64,000 nt of DNA, taken from assembly GCA_043228905.1 (NCBI GenBank), contig JBHGNT010000123.1, positions 1-64,000 of the forward strand, read 5' to 3'. A program made the position numbers and the translations under genes. Under the pieces are notes generated by a model that was given only the letters and a program-made list of their open reading frames with translations, was not told the DNA's origin and made no database searches. Shown one piece after another: positions 1-13,793 of the stretch (within the stretch, counting starts at the first letter, position 1; each line of letters starts with the position of its first letter). Source of the stretch: Azolla caroliniana (Eukaryota > Plantae > Polypodiophyta).

Positions 1-1049
1 AAAAGTACAAACATTGTCTTGATGCAGTTAGAAGTTTTGATGCTTGCCTATCTAGGCATCACATAACCATGTTATCTTTTAATAATTCCTTGGATGAATT
101 GTGTAATTGCTAAAGTTACATTATCAAGTTATTTCATCATCAGTCTTGGGTCTTTGACTCTAGGTATCACATAATCATGAGTTCTTCAATTAAAGATTTC
201 ATGTTTAATAAACAATCACTTTACATTATCTTCATTGGACATTTAGCACCATACCACTCCTATCACATTGACGATGCAACCAATTGACATTGATCCAATC
301 TTTTTTCAATCTTAAACATCTACATGACATAATACACCCACATTTTGATTGCTTAGTCACATGTTATGGCACTTATCTCACAACCATACCATTTCACACC
401 CACATCATCTCCAATCAATTGTAGTTGGAAATGGTCTCCTTTCAATTTCTTGTCATGACACCTTGCACACCCACACCATTTCTAGATTGGTCATAAATCA
501 CATTTGTTTAATGTTAAACATATAATAACACTAATGATTAAGCAAGTGATAACAAATTGCTTTCATAATGTAACCCAACCTATTAAAGAACAAGGAAAGT
601 GAGTTTAGCTTCTTAGGTCTAGGAGGGGAAATTATCCATGGCCAACATGCAACACATAAAATGAATAAGACCTTCACCATCGAGGATGCAAATTTAAAAT
701 TATGTGGATTAGCGTTATCACCATGTCACCAATACCACACATGCAATTCACAAATTGATGATATCTTAATCATCCACAACAGCATTATACGTTAACTTGC
801 CAACATGATGGCATGATACCTTTGTTGTCTCAATTAACACCCCCAGGTCTTGGTGAAAGAGAGATCACTAATCACTTTAGCATTTCACATTGTGTAACCC
901 ATAATGCATAGTGATAATACCAATGGAAACCCACCAAACAAAACACACACCTAGGTGGAAAGTTCAAAGCACTGACCTGACAAAAGCCAGTTCATTAAAT
1001 AAACTTGGCTGCTCAATGCAAGGCAGTCTAGCATAGAGAAAGTAAAAAC

Positions 1050-1158
1050 ACCATTTCGCATTTTCTATGGTGACCAAAAGTAAAAGAAAAAACATTTCGC
1101 AGTTTCCATGGTGACCAAAAGTATAAAAACAGTTTGCAGTTTCTATGCCGACCAAATG
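1050..1158. repeat. Degenerate ~39-bp tandem repeat, 3 copies
   Basis: Repeated cattt/cagttt-cgca-(g/t)ttt-c(t/c)atg(gt/cc)gaccaaa units. Confidence 0.6.
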
Positions 1159-1899
1159 ACCAAATGACACTGCCCGTGACACACTCAGTGATAATAACTA
1201 CCATCAATGGCCTGCAGTATGCACCTCTTCAGAAAACCATACTCATCTTACAAATTCATGCCATTAGTGTTCTTTCCCTCACACAAGTCACAAAATCTAC
1301 AGTCTTTCCTAGACTTGGATTCACCTCAATTCCATAACATCAACCTTTCCTTCACTTGGATCCATCAAACGCACATCTGAATAATTAGAATCCTTTGCTA
1401 ACTTAATCAAGTGGACTGTAAAAGTGCCAGCTTCACCAGCAAAAACAATCCACACGCATCTGAATAATTAGAATCCTTTACTAACTGTCTACGAGAGGCC
1501 CTGATCGTCCAGACAGTAGCAGTCTGAGGGAGCACCTCTCGTGATGGAGAAACAGCTGTACTGTGCAAGTATTAATGCACATTCAACATTTATTTTATTC
1601 AACGTTATTTGATCAAAGAGAAGAATTCTGCAATTGCGAAAAGAATATAAGTCATGAAACAACATACACGGCATCCAGATAACCATCATAATGCATCGAA
1701 GAAATGAACGAAACCAGATCACAAACAGCTTTGAATACGTGCCTAGGAACCGAACATCAAGAAATAAACTGATTCTAGAATTAAGTTTAAAAGTAAGCAT
1801 CCAAAACTGTTTTTCGTCATCTTCTTACAGAGATACTAAATCAAAATGCCTTTTTTTAACAACAGAATAAGACAGAAGAAAAGAAACACAATGATCTAC

Positions 1900-1915
1900 T
1901 CAAGCAGTGAGAACG

Positions 1916-1951
<36 letters not shown>

Positions 1952-2337
1952 AGCTTCGAGAAGAATTTGGCCTTGACGACGAGAGGGGAAGGGGGAGCTT
2001 CACCTTTACCTAAGACCTTGAAGTAACCGAATTGAGTGACATCGAGCTGGATAGCTTTTCCATCGCCGGGGGAGGCTTTAGCGGAGTCAGGGAGGAGAGA
2101 GTACAGGCGATCGATGTTGACGATGGGGCAATGGAACTTGTTCATGGTTTTATGGAAATACCTCATACCGACCTTGCCGAAGTAACCAGGATGGAACTTG
2201 TCGAACAAGATCCGATGGTGATGGAGACCTCCAGCGTTTCCGCGACCACCGGGATGCTTCCTGTGCTTTCCGACGCGTCCATGGCCGGCACTCACATGGC
2301 CTCTCTTCTTCCTGTTCTTCTTCAAACGGGTCGTCAT
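1900..2337 (-). CDS. RPL27a: 60S ribosomal protein L27a (uL15), intronless, 145 aa
   Basis: [62 protein letters not shown]...[26 protein letters not shown] is the canonical eukaryotic L27a sequence. True ATG is at 2337; the ORF-track extension to 2607 is not L27a-like. Confidence 0.97.
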
Positions 2338-2378
2338 GTCTGTGTTGCCGCTGCTGCTGCTGTCTCCTCCAGCAGCCG

Positions 2379-2453
2379 AAACCCTAGCGAGAGCAGAAAG
2401 GGAAGCAGCAGGCAGTGAAGAGAATGGTGTATATGGAAGAATCAAAACCCTAA
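2379..2453. promoter_or_regulatory. Telo-box motifs (AAACCCTA) in the RPL27a 5' region
   Basis: aaaccctag at ~2379 and aaaccctaa at 2445-2453; telo-boxes are typical of plant ribosomal protein promoters and 5'UTRs. Confidence 0.65.
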
Positions 2454-2467
2454 TTCTCGTTTCACAC

Positions 2468-3055
2468 TTTGGGCGCGCCCAAAACCTCCTCCGGGCTCTC
2501 CAAAGAGATAACGAGTGAAGCCTCACAAGTACGTAGTTGGTTACGAAGTCGCTAAAATTTTGTGTGTTATATTGAAACCACACTATGAACCATACGTGCA
2601 TTCGCATTCGTTTTCCAACGTGAGGAATCGAATGTTATGCTAGACGAACACGAATTTTACGTACTATGATTGAAACATATAGAACGATGTGGGTGTTTCG
2701 GGTGTTGGTTTGTAGTAGCGGGCTATGAGGATCGAGTCTCTTATTGCTCATGGGTTTGTAAAACTCTGGGGTTAACACATTGACAACTTGTTTTTTGAAA
2801 TCAAAACTCCAACACTCGGGGTGCGCCCAAAACCTCCCCCGGTTCCAAAGATATAAAGGAGTGAAGCCTCACAAGTCGTTGGTTTTGAAGTCACTCAAAA
2901 TTGTGTGTTTTTGAAACATATAGAATGGTGTAAGTGTTTCAGGTGTTGCTTTTGTAGTAGCGGTCTGTGGGGAGCAAGTCTCTTTATTGGTCATGGTTTT
3001 ATAAAACTTTGGGGTTAACGCTGACAATAATTTGTTTCTGAAATCGAAACTCCAA
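2468..3055. repeat. Degenerate direct duplication in the RPL27a/PPR intergenic region
   Basis: gcgcccaaaacctcc...gagtgaagcctcacaagt...tgaaacatataga...gaaatc(a/g)aaactccaa occurs at ~2470-2812 and ~2822-3055; the first copy has ~100 extra bp. Confidence 0.75.
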
Positions 3056-4088
3056 TGGAGCAAAATTTGTGTTGGAACGAAACAAATATGCATCCTCATA
3101 GGATCGTTCCTAAAAAATTGCCTATTGTCAGTCAATCTAATTTGAACTCTTTGTCAAGGACCAATACCTCGATAGGGTTGGTCTTGAAAAATGTCTATCA
3201 TGAGTCAATGTATGTAATATGAACTCTTTGTCAAGGACCAACGTCTTGGTGCCAATATAGGCTCAACTGAAGCACCTACTAGATTAGGTAAATAACATGT
3301 TCATCATAGCGGGGAACTCCAAATCAAGCATATAATAATGACCAATGCATCACCACCATGCCTCCATGCCCTATATGTATTTATTCGTATGGTTACCTAC
3401 TCTTATTTAGTTGGGAGAGTATACATTTATTGTTAAGCTTCGTATATCTTGGATACATGGACCATAATCTCTAAATTATTCCCACTTGAAAGAGGGGTTG
3501 GCTTTGGCCCTAGAAAACAAACCTAATGAAGTTCAAATCTACAAATTTGACGTTTAATGGTCACACATGGAAAGCAAACTCTAGAGGTGTCGATAATCGA
3601 ACGTATGCGTAAGGCCCTTTTTCTTATGGACCATGGTCATGCTATTATTCATAGGCATGACGAGATTAGCGGATGATCGATCGAATGGATACACAACCAG
3701 TAGCACTTTGTTGTAGAGGAAAATTGTGAGGCGATTAAAATTGGGGTGCGTAAAATTTGCCTCTTTTTGTTGAATCGAATGATTGTGATTCAGACGATAA
3801 ATCATCAATCAGCCTTTTTGGTTGTTTGGATATGTCAAGGGTAGATCTGGAAATATGCGTAAAGCTACTTCTTGTGAGAGGGGCATTTCCTCTCATATTT
3901 TCCGAAACTACAGACACAGACAGTATGTACATCTTTTTTCCTATCGAAAAGCCTTTGGGTTTTTTTTGAACTAGAAGACACTCGCAGAACGAGCAGCATC
4001 ACTCCCTCTGCTGTGTGATAGAGTTTCAGAGATTGCAGGTTTTGTTTCTCGAAACAGAAGAAGAAGTTCACAAATGACTGCAGGTTTC

Positions 4089-7000
4089 ATGGCAGCTCGT
4101 CTGTTGATCCGACATGCAGCACGACGTGGATCGCTGATATTCTCCTCCTCATCTTCACCGGGTAAAATATATGTAGCAGAGAAAAAACAACTATTGCATT
4201 TACTACCGTGCTATGATTGTTTCTGAACTTGCTTTTTCTGTATTATAAGGAGTTGTATCTCCCTCCCTCCCTCCCTTATCTGTGTAAGGATGATTCTTTT
4301 CTGTTCAATCTTCTGTGGAAAGATGGTTTCCTTCTCTCAAAATTTCTGCGTTTGAAGGACGGGTTTCTCTCCAATTCATGTACTTTTAAACTAGTAAGAG
4401 GAAGAAATTGCGTTTTCTTCCGTTAGCTGCATTCTTGTTTCAAGCTTCTGTGTAAAAACGTTCCTTTGTCAAGTCTCTATACTGCGAGGATTATTTCTCC
4501 AATTTTCTAAGTATAAAACTATGAAGAGGAGGAACATTTCTCATTTCTGAGCCGTGAGTTTCTTTTCCTTTAGTCTGTGTGAGGATTGATCCATTTTAAA
4601 AATTCGTGTACAAAATTAAGCAGAGAAAGAGCACTTCTCAGCTTTCTGTATGCAGAAAAAAACGAGAATTTATCAGCGTGTATTGCTATACTAATGTATA
4701 AAAATTCATTCTCAAATTTCTATGCATCAAAATCTTGCAGGAGAAATATTGTTTGTCAGATATCTCTGGTTTATCACATTGGAGATTTATTCTCACAATC
4801 TTGGCATAGAATTTATGCAAAAATAAATACCATTTTAAGCTGCCTGTGCATTTGTTACTATGAATGAATTATTTCTCAAATTTCTGTGCATAAAACTAAT
4901 TTGAGAGTGAAACATTTCTTAGTTGCCTCTACATGAACACCATGTGGGAAATTTTGCTCAGGATTAATAGTGGCATAGTATGTATCTACAATTCTGTGTA
5001 ACTGCATTTGTATGAAAATTTGCTTCTCCACAATGAATGTATATATGCCTACAGGAAAGATTAACATATAAACATTCCAAAGGTTTTTTTTATATTTTTG
5101 CTTTCTCTCGCGGCTGTTTCAGGACGAACCGTTTATCTGCATATTGTATATTATAGTCTTGCAGTGCATGTGTATATTTTGACTTAATCTACTTTTATAG
5201 ATGCAATGTATCTTATAGGAAAGTGAAATGGCATATGTAAAACCTCCTTGAAGTCATCCATACCACTACGTATCCCATAGGTGCAGGCATCTTGTAAGTT
5301 GGTGAAATGGAGTCTGTAAAGCTTTGTACGGAAAAGCAACTATTCCAGGAAAAGTTGATAAAAGTCAGCTCCTACAGGGATGAAAAACACAATGCCCTAT
5401 AAAACCCCATAGAAATTTGTTATTCTTTCCTTGAGCACTGACTGTAAAGTGGTTGTATGACAGCAGAAGCATGCTACATGTTCTGTTTTTGACATATTGT
5501 GAAGTCTTTCTCTTGACTCCACATATTCTTCATCAGTTGACTTAATCTGCCTTGTCTACTATAACATTTATGCATCCTTATGCTTGTTCTGCAAAATTCT
5601 TTTATGTGCATTGTCTTTGTAATGCTTGATTACTATGTCTTTATACATGCCTCTACATTTCACTCATTGGCACACGAAGCGTTCTTACTGGCAAGAGCCA
5701 CATAAAAGTGCTCCTAAGAAAGCTTTTTCTACATTCTGTAGCAATCTGAACAAAATAAAATTCCAATAAGGGTGCGGAATACTATAACTACATCCGATGG
5801 GTATACGAAAGTGATGAGGTTGCGATGCATATAAGATAAGGAACACCACTGCTTTTTTGAAAATTTCCAAAGTCTTTCATTTGATTGTAAAATGCTTATC
5901 CAATGGAAAGATGTCGGCACAAATGGTTTTATTACTCTTTAATTTTCCATGGCGGTTCGGAAATAGAGATTCTATCCATGTAGGAGGCACAAAATGGAGT
6001 CATTTCCTTGATCACAGACAAAATTATACTATTTTCTAGCTCAAGAAGTGGTTTCACGATGTATTTTGGATTCCAGAAGATGGTCAATAAAGTGCTGTAG
6101 ACTTTTGATCTGCATAAATCTGCAACACAACTCATGGGCTGTCTAACATCCATGTTCATATACAGTACTCTGTATGGTTGTTTGAGCAGCCATATTTATA
6201 TCATTATCAGAGCTCTGTAATATAGAATTAGTGTAAGATGGGTTGTCAAATGAATTAAAGAATTCTCCTACTTATTAAGAGGCATGCTATGCTGGCTTAT
6301 GCTGTTTTGCAACATGTTTGAAGTGGTGAAATCTGATACTTATATCATATTAATTGCTCATTTTGGAATTGCAAATGGTAGATGCTTATACTTGTGAACG
6401 TTTAGTAGGTGGTACTGATCTATATCAGTGTACTGGAAGCGTTGGAAGAGTGCAGTTTTATTCGTCTGTAGTTTCAGCTGATTATGAAAGAAGAAATTAT
6501 GCAAGAGATGTAAATCAATATGTCGATGTTTTGTACAATCTAAATAATTTCAACAGGTATTTCTGACCGTTGATTCTTATTCATGGCTTTTGTGATAGCA
6601 GTGATCCATCAAATGTATCTGTCTCACATGATACATAATCACGTGCTTCTGTAGGCCATTTTTGTTGCGCGATGTTTATGACGACATGATCCTTGATGGC
6701 ATTCAACCAATTTCAGATACATTTGCACCACTCTTTGTTGGATGTATGAAAGGTGGCCGTCTACAGGACGCCTTTTACTTTTACGATGAGATGAAATGCA
6801 TGGGCTATATCCCTGATGTAAGTTTATGGATTCGTAATGGTTTTAATGGGCATTTGGTAATAGACGAGATTTTATGGAGTTGGTTTCAGAATCAAACTTT
6901 TATAAAATTTTAGACGTAGTAGAATAATTGAGGATGAGGTTTGTACAATGAATATAAAATGTAAATGTTTTTTCAGGATTTGACATTCAATTGCTTGATT

Positions 7001-10000
7001 GCAACATGTGGTAGATGCCGCCAACAGCGCCGTGCTTTTCAGGTTCATCCTTTACATGGTGTAGCTGTTCATTGCCATTACGCTGTAAACTTATTTTTAT
7101 TGAGTCTGTTCATTCCGAGATACTGACACCTCATTTGGAATTTCATTTTGCATCTGGCAGAACGAAAGAGAGTTATGTCCAGGAAACTTATACGAATGCA
7201 TCCAATGTAATGAGAAATAAATCATTCCAGATAAATCGGGTCATTAAAGTCCAATTCCCAAGGAAATTTGCTAGTACATATCTGAGTAGTGGGTCATTAA
7301 TTTGGCCAAGATGTGAGTCTTTACATCTATGATAGATCCAGGAAATTCTTGTTAAGTATCTTCCATTTTTGAATAGTATTTAAAGCTTAACATGGAAGGT
7401 AAGTTGATTGACTTAAATATTCTACAGCAACGGGAATGTTTTGACCAAGATGTTTACTCCATCTATGATAGATCCTGGATGTTCTCGTTAAATATTTTGC
7501 AATAATGTATGATTTTTGCTCAAATTGCGAGAAGAGTTGAGTTTCATGGCTTTATTTGTAGAGTGCGTGTATATGGCATGGGCTCACCTCAATCTTTTAT
7601 TTATTCAAAATAAAAAGCAACTTTATTATCTTTGTCTGCTAAGGTTGTAGAGGAGATGCTGCATTTTGGCTTGCGTCCAAAATTGAAAACATTAACAGCA
7701 CTTCTAGGAGCATGCGGAGCAGTAGGTTTGCCAAAAGAAGCGTGAGTATATAGATGTTTGTTCTGGAATAACTACCATTACATATGCATAAAGAACAATT
7801 GTTCTTAAGTTTTCAGGGCAGGAGTTGTGCAAAGGATTACAGAATCTGGACTTGCACTAAACAAGTATTGCTATGCTGCACTCATAGCAGCAGAGAAAAA
7901 TCAACAAGTGAAGAAAAATGACACATTTGATAAGGTTAGATACTAAGCGTGTTGAGTTGCTGTTCCTATTGATGAGGCTCACTGTATCTGACTTCTCACA
8001 TAGTTTTTATCCTTCAAAGATCCTTGATATACTAAGGCAGGCAAGAAGTTGGTCTGGTCTAGACATGTTTGGAGGTGGACGAGATGGAGGGGATATAATT
8101 GATGAGACCGACGAGTATATTTATGGTTTGCCCACCATTGATTTTGTACGCGGCCGTGCAAATATTGTTGATCGGCGCTTGACGGTATATCATGCAGCTC
8201 TTTCAGCATGTGCAGACCTCAAAAATACTTCTGTAAGTGTATGCTGATATCTATTGTGACTTTTAATCATCGTCCACCATGGTTTGGAATCACTGAAATT
8301 GACAAAATCGAGTTAATGGATCAAGACAATTTTCATAAAAAATGCAATCATGTAGTACCTCCATTTGGATGAATGCATATATCTTTTGTTTTGTTCTGAA
8401 AGAAAGATATATTAACGTCTTTTAAGAGGCCAAACTGGCCTATAAGACTGAATAAGAGATTATATCTTAAATGTTTTCTCGTCTTTGAGAACAAATCAAA
8501 ATAAAGTGATAAATGACATCATAGATCAAGATATGGCCCATGGGGAGCCTAGCTTGTCAACTTTGTGCTCATAAATAAAAATGGTATTTTTGCACATATT
8601 GATATTTAATATAAAATTTTCCATCACAGTTTAGAAATTTGTGTAGATGCATATGGAAATGGATGATAGTTCTGTACTAGATACTTGATGATATGTTGAC
8701 TGTTTGTATGCAGGCCCTGAGGAGTGTTGTACAAATGCTGAAAGAAGATAGCTTTCAGCCAGATCTTTTTTGTGTAGCTCAAATCCTAAGGTATGGAATA
8801 CATCATATACATTTATTATTTCTTATAGTTTTTTAAAACTATGTAAGTGCAATTTCTTCTGGTTACATAGGTATTGGTTGTGGAATCTAAGTTGAACCTA
8901 GAAATGTATCCTTGAAAAGGCACTCCCAAGATTGTTAACTTGCTACAGCACTTCTAGGCTCTTTGTTTTTGACATTTATCTACACCCTCCACAACTTTAC
9001 CTTTCAGATTAATATGCCATATCTCAATTGGTCCTGCCAAACATATAATTGCCCAGGTTTGAATTATCTACATAGTTCCATCAGTTCACCTTTTGGATGT
9101 AATATGTATATGTTGAGTGGTTCTTTTACACATGAAATTGCTTGAAGGATAACTATAATCACTATAAAACCTTGTAATGCTATACCTTGGATGTCTATCT
9201 ACTAAAACTTCTATACAACGATGACATAGTAAATGTAGGAATGCCTAGAGATTTCTTGCAAAAGCTTTGGTGGAGAAATAGCTTAAGTCTCCTTAAACTT
9301 CTTCATGATGAAATTGCATTTGTGTGGATAAAGTTCAGCTATTTCTTCTCCTTAAATTTTGTTCACCATCTTGTGTTGATATTAACAAATTTATAACATT
9401 GTGATTACTTGGAATTTACCTAGTGGGATTGCCATAACGCTTACCTCTCCAAAAGGGGCCTTTCTTTCTAATGTGTATGAACATTAGTGAGGATCTTTGT
9501 GTTGGTCTTTATGTCTTTTACTTCCTAAAGTCCTATAATGTCATAGTATCTTAATCATGAATTGTGTAGACCTTGAAGAAAACAATTTCAGAGCCTTTAT
9601 TATCTAGCATTATTGCATTATGCATGTAGTCTCTTAATTTTTTGAAAATCATCAGCAGGATGCTAACTAGCATATATTTGTCTCATCATTTTTTGTTTCC
9701 AACTCGAGGCTATAATTAGGAATGGGCCCAGTTCAGTTTTGGTTCGGGTCGAAATCTTTGCCTTGAAACTGAACTGAACTGAACCGAACCATTTATATAA
9801 AACAAAAACCAAACCAAATTGCTTATGAACTCTCCAGCCATTTAAACCAAACCATTTAAGAAAATGTAAACCAAACCATATAAACTAAAACCGTTTCGGG
9901 AAAAGTTAAAACCAAACCGAACCGTTTAATAAAAAATTTAAACCTAAATATTTAAGTCAAACTCATTAAAAAACTAAATAAACTGAGTACATTAATTAAA

Positions 10001-12449
10001 TAAGCATTTAAGTTAGATGAATTAAATCAACAAAAAAACATTAATTAAACCATTAAATTAAATAAACGTTTAAGTTAAATTAATTAAATCATTAAAAAAA
10101 CATCAATTAAACCATTAAATTAAATAAACATTTAAGTTAAATTATTAAAATAAATAAAAAACATTAATTTAACCATTAAATTGATAAACCATTAAGGGAG
10201 AAAAAAAGTTACTCAAAAACCAAAAAACCTTTAAACAAAACCACTTAAACCGATAAACCTTATATTTAGAACTAAACCGATCTAAAACCAACCGTTTATT
10301 AATAATCTAAACCAAACCAAACCATTTAATTATTTTGGACCGATAAACTGTCAAACCATGGCTAACGGTTCAGTTCGGTTTGATCCAAAATTGGGCCCAT
10401 AGCTAGCTATAACGGATAGCTCAATTCCAACATTGCGAGTTTTTAATCATTTTGTATTATTTGACCAGAGAGAAACAAATAGAGGAAATAAATTTTTATT
10501 GTTTTAAGGAAGCAAAGCAGTAGAGGAAAAGAGAAAGTAAGTCAAACATAATAAAAATAAAAAATGTATTGAAGACGAAGAAATAGTAGAAGATGATGAA
10601 GAATGCCAACACACATGCCTTTCAATACACCAAAGGGCTTATTAATGCACAAGAAAATAATGCTCAGTAAGAATTAATAAAGAGACATTTTTCAAGCATA
10701 CCCACTTTCTTTTACACCTCTTAGATACTTCCACATACACCCAAAAAGAGAAAGAAAGAAACAAAGATGTTGTATAAGGATCCACATGATGCTTTCATGG
10801 CTTCAAAAGGACATTCTTGTTGAGATAACAAGGTCCAATCACTCACCTTATGTGAGAACACACTCCTTAGTGCATCAGTGTGTGGAAGTCCACCATTGGC
10901 TTAATGAATGGGAGATGACTTGGCATTGAATGAAGTTAATGCTTCTGCTTGGTGCCAGTCCTAAGGACATGTGTTGAAGTCTACCATTGTCTTAATAAAA
11001 GGGAGATGCCTATCATTGAATGAAGTTGATGCCTTTGCTTGATCAACACCATAAATTTGTCATGTGGTCCACTCACCCCCCCTTGACCATGCAAAGGGAA
11101 GGTGAAGATGCATGAGCTTGATGAAGATGGTCATAGCTATAAAGAGGGCATGGTAGGCCACTCCAACTCCGCAAGCTCCAATCTGTCTCAAGTTAGAAAG
11201 TTTGGTGTGCTAATTATGTGGACACTAGGTGTGAAGAAAGCCTCACCAATGGCTTATAAGAAAAGTAATAACTCAAAACCATAGTACATAATTTACTCGA
11301 ATGTATTGGCAAACATTCTTTTTCATACAAATGCGTATTTTATTAAAACATTCTTATGGTTTTTTTTTACACTTTTCACCTTAACTTTCTTACATTAAAA
11401 GAAAATTTACCTTATAATAAATAATGAATACAAAAGTATGGTATTTCCATACTTCGAGGGTGTTTACCATACTCGAATGATTGAAACATTCTTAAATGCG
11501 AATGCACGTGTGGTACATAGGGTTCATACTATGCTCAAAACTATGAGAAGATTCTAGCGACTCAGTTTTGCTATAACGATTACATGATTCAACACTATGC
11601 CTTCATGGTGAAAGTAGCAGCCATCCCTGAGCTAGAAATAGTAGAAGTGGCTCATGACCCTCAATGAGTGGAGGTCATGCAAGAATCTTACAACGATGGA
11701 ACATAGAACCTTGTCCCGACTCTACCATATCCTTGTCATCAGATGCAGGATAGTAACCGAATGCTGGCACTCGGCATGGACAAGATTAGATACTTCTCTA
11801 CGGAATGTAGGGTATGTCCACTTCATCTATCGAGCTTGATGGCGAGTGCACGAGCGCAATGAGCACAAGGGGAAATTTCGGATCATTAGGTAAATGATCA
11901 TATGGCAGAATTGAGAGTGAAGGGGGTGTGTTTTGAGATAACAAGTTCAACCACACCTTATGTGTGAACACACACTTCTTGGGGCACTTGTGTTTTAAAG
12001 TCCATCGTTTGTCTTAATGGATGAGAGATGCCTTTGCATTGAATTAAGTCGATACCTTAGATATCCCACTCTATCCCTTCAAGGACAACCAACACTTTAA
12101 ACAAAGTCCCCTCTCTTGTATTAAATGTTGCTTATCCTGGATTTATGGTTGACTCATGGTTGGTATCATTTGTATTTTCATTGTAAAAAATATCCCCCAT
12201 TTTGCTAAATTTATTTCAACCCTCAGCATTTTCTGCAATGTTTGCCTAATCTTTGCATTTCTACCCTCTGCAATACATTGTTCACTTATGCTGAATACAT
12301 TGTTTTGGTGAATCTTGTGTTCCCTCTCTATCTCTGTCTATGTCCGTTCTTGTCCTCTGCATTTCCTGCAATGTTTGCCTAATCTTTGCATTTCTACCCT
12401 CTTTTATACATTGTTCACATATGCTGAATACATTGTTTTGGGTGAAGTG

Positions 12450-12484
<35 letters not shown>

Positions 12485-13745
12485 TGTGTGTGTGTTCTAG
12501 TCCTCTGCATTTTCTGCAATGCTCGCCTAATCTTTGCATTTCTACCCTCTGTATTTTCTTCAATGATTGCTTAGCATTCCTTCTGCTCTCTATGCTTTTT
12601 CAACCTATTCCTTGTATCTGCTTTCCTAGCTACAGAACACTGTGGATTCTGAATGGATAGTGGATGAAGATATAGATTTGAACACCCATGAAGATGGTCC
12701 AGATCAATGGAAGACCCCAAGAAGATATTGTAGAAGAAAAGGACGGGATAGGAATACCACAGGTAGTGCACAAAAGGTGCAGAAGGCACCCAAATTGCAG
12801 GTTCAAATAGATGTTGAAGAAGGGAAAGGTGACCTTTTACTTCATTTGATTACGTAAGAGATCAATCATATGAGAGATAGCATAGAAAGAGCCTTAAAAA
12901 ACAAAATCTAGAAGATAGAGAAACAAAAAATAGAATTGCATGCCTCTCAAAAGATGGAATTAGTAGAAGCCATAGAAATGGACATCATAAGTTTTGCAAA
13001 GAAATCAAACTTAGAGACAATACCTAAAGGATGAAAATGTCCTCAAATAGGCTTGAACTAGTAGCTATTAAAGTTGATTTATGAAAAGGAAATACAGACA
13101 TGGGAAGAGATAACCAAAGATGCCAAAGCTCAAGATGAGCATGCTCAAAAAGAAATCAAAGCTAACGTTGCTTGGATAGAGGTAGTGGAAAAACAAAAAG
13201 GAACAATATTGAAAATGATAGAGATAACGAAGGCTACATTAGAAGAAGAAACCAAAAGGAAAGCTCGTGCATACATGTAGGACTAGTTAGAGAAGAAACC
13301 AAAATGAAGCCAACAACAAAATGCCAAGAATCTCGGAACAAAAGTGGGGGCATAAGATATTCCATTTGCTTTAGTGTGAAGGGTGGGAAGAGATGAGTCT
13401 GGAGCTAAAGTCTTGATCATCCAATTCAAGGATATGGAAAAGAGAAAAGCTTTTTTCTATCCATGAGAAGGGCACTCAAGGGTAACCAATTATATTCAGA
13501 TGATAATCTGACTTTAGCTCAAGTAGCACATGGCAAAGAAAACATAGCAGGAGTTCTCAATGCAAGAAATGAAGGAAAATAGCTGTAAATAGAGATGGTA
13601 ATTTACAGAGGAGAGCCGCATGACATGCGATACACTTTTGATGGATTATATAGAATTGCAACGGTTCTCTAAAGAGATGTTAATATATCTTTCTTTCTTT
13701 CTCATCATTGACTAAGATATTGTAGCTGTATTTGTGAATATTATG

Positions 13746-13793
<48 letters not shown>

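Noticed and set aside
2338-2607. 90-aa N-terminal extension of RPL27a in the ORF track
   Set aside because: It begins at a non-ATG codon and covers 5'UTR and promoter sequence; the canonical protein starts at 2337.
8878-9594. Solo LTR in PPR intron 8
   Set aside because: TG...CA ends can be drawn but no matching TSD was found; left uncalled.
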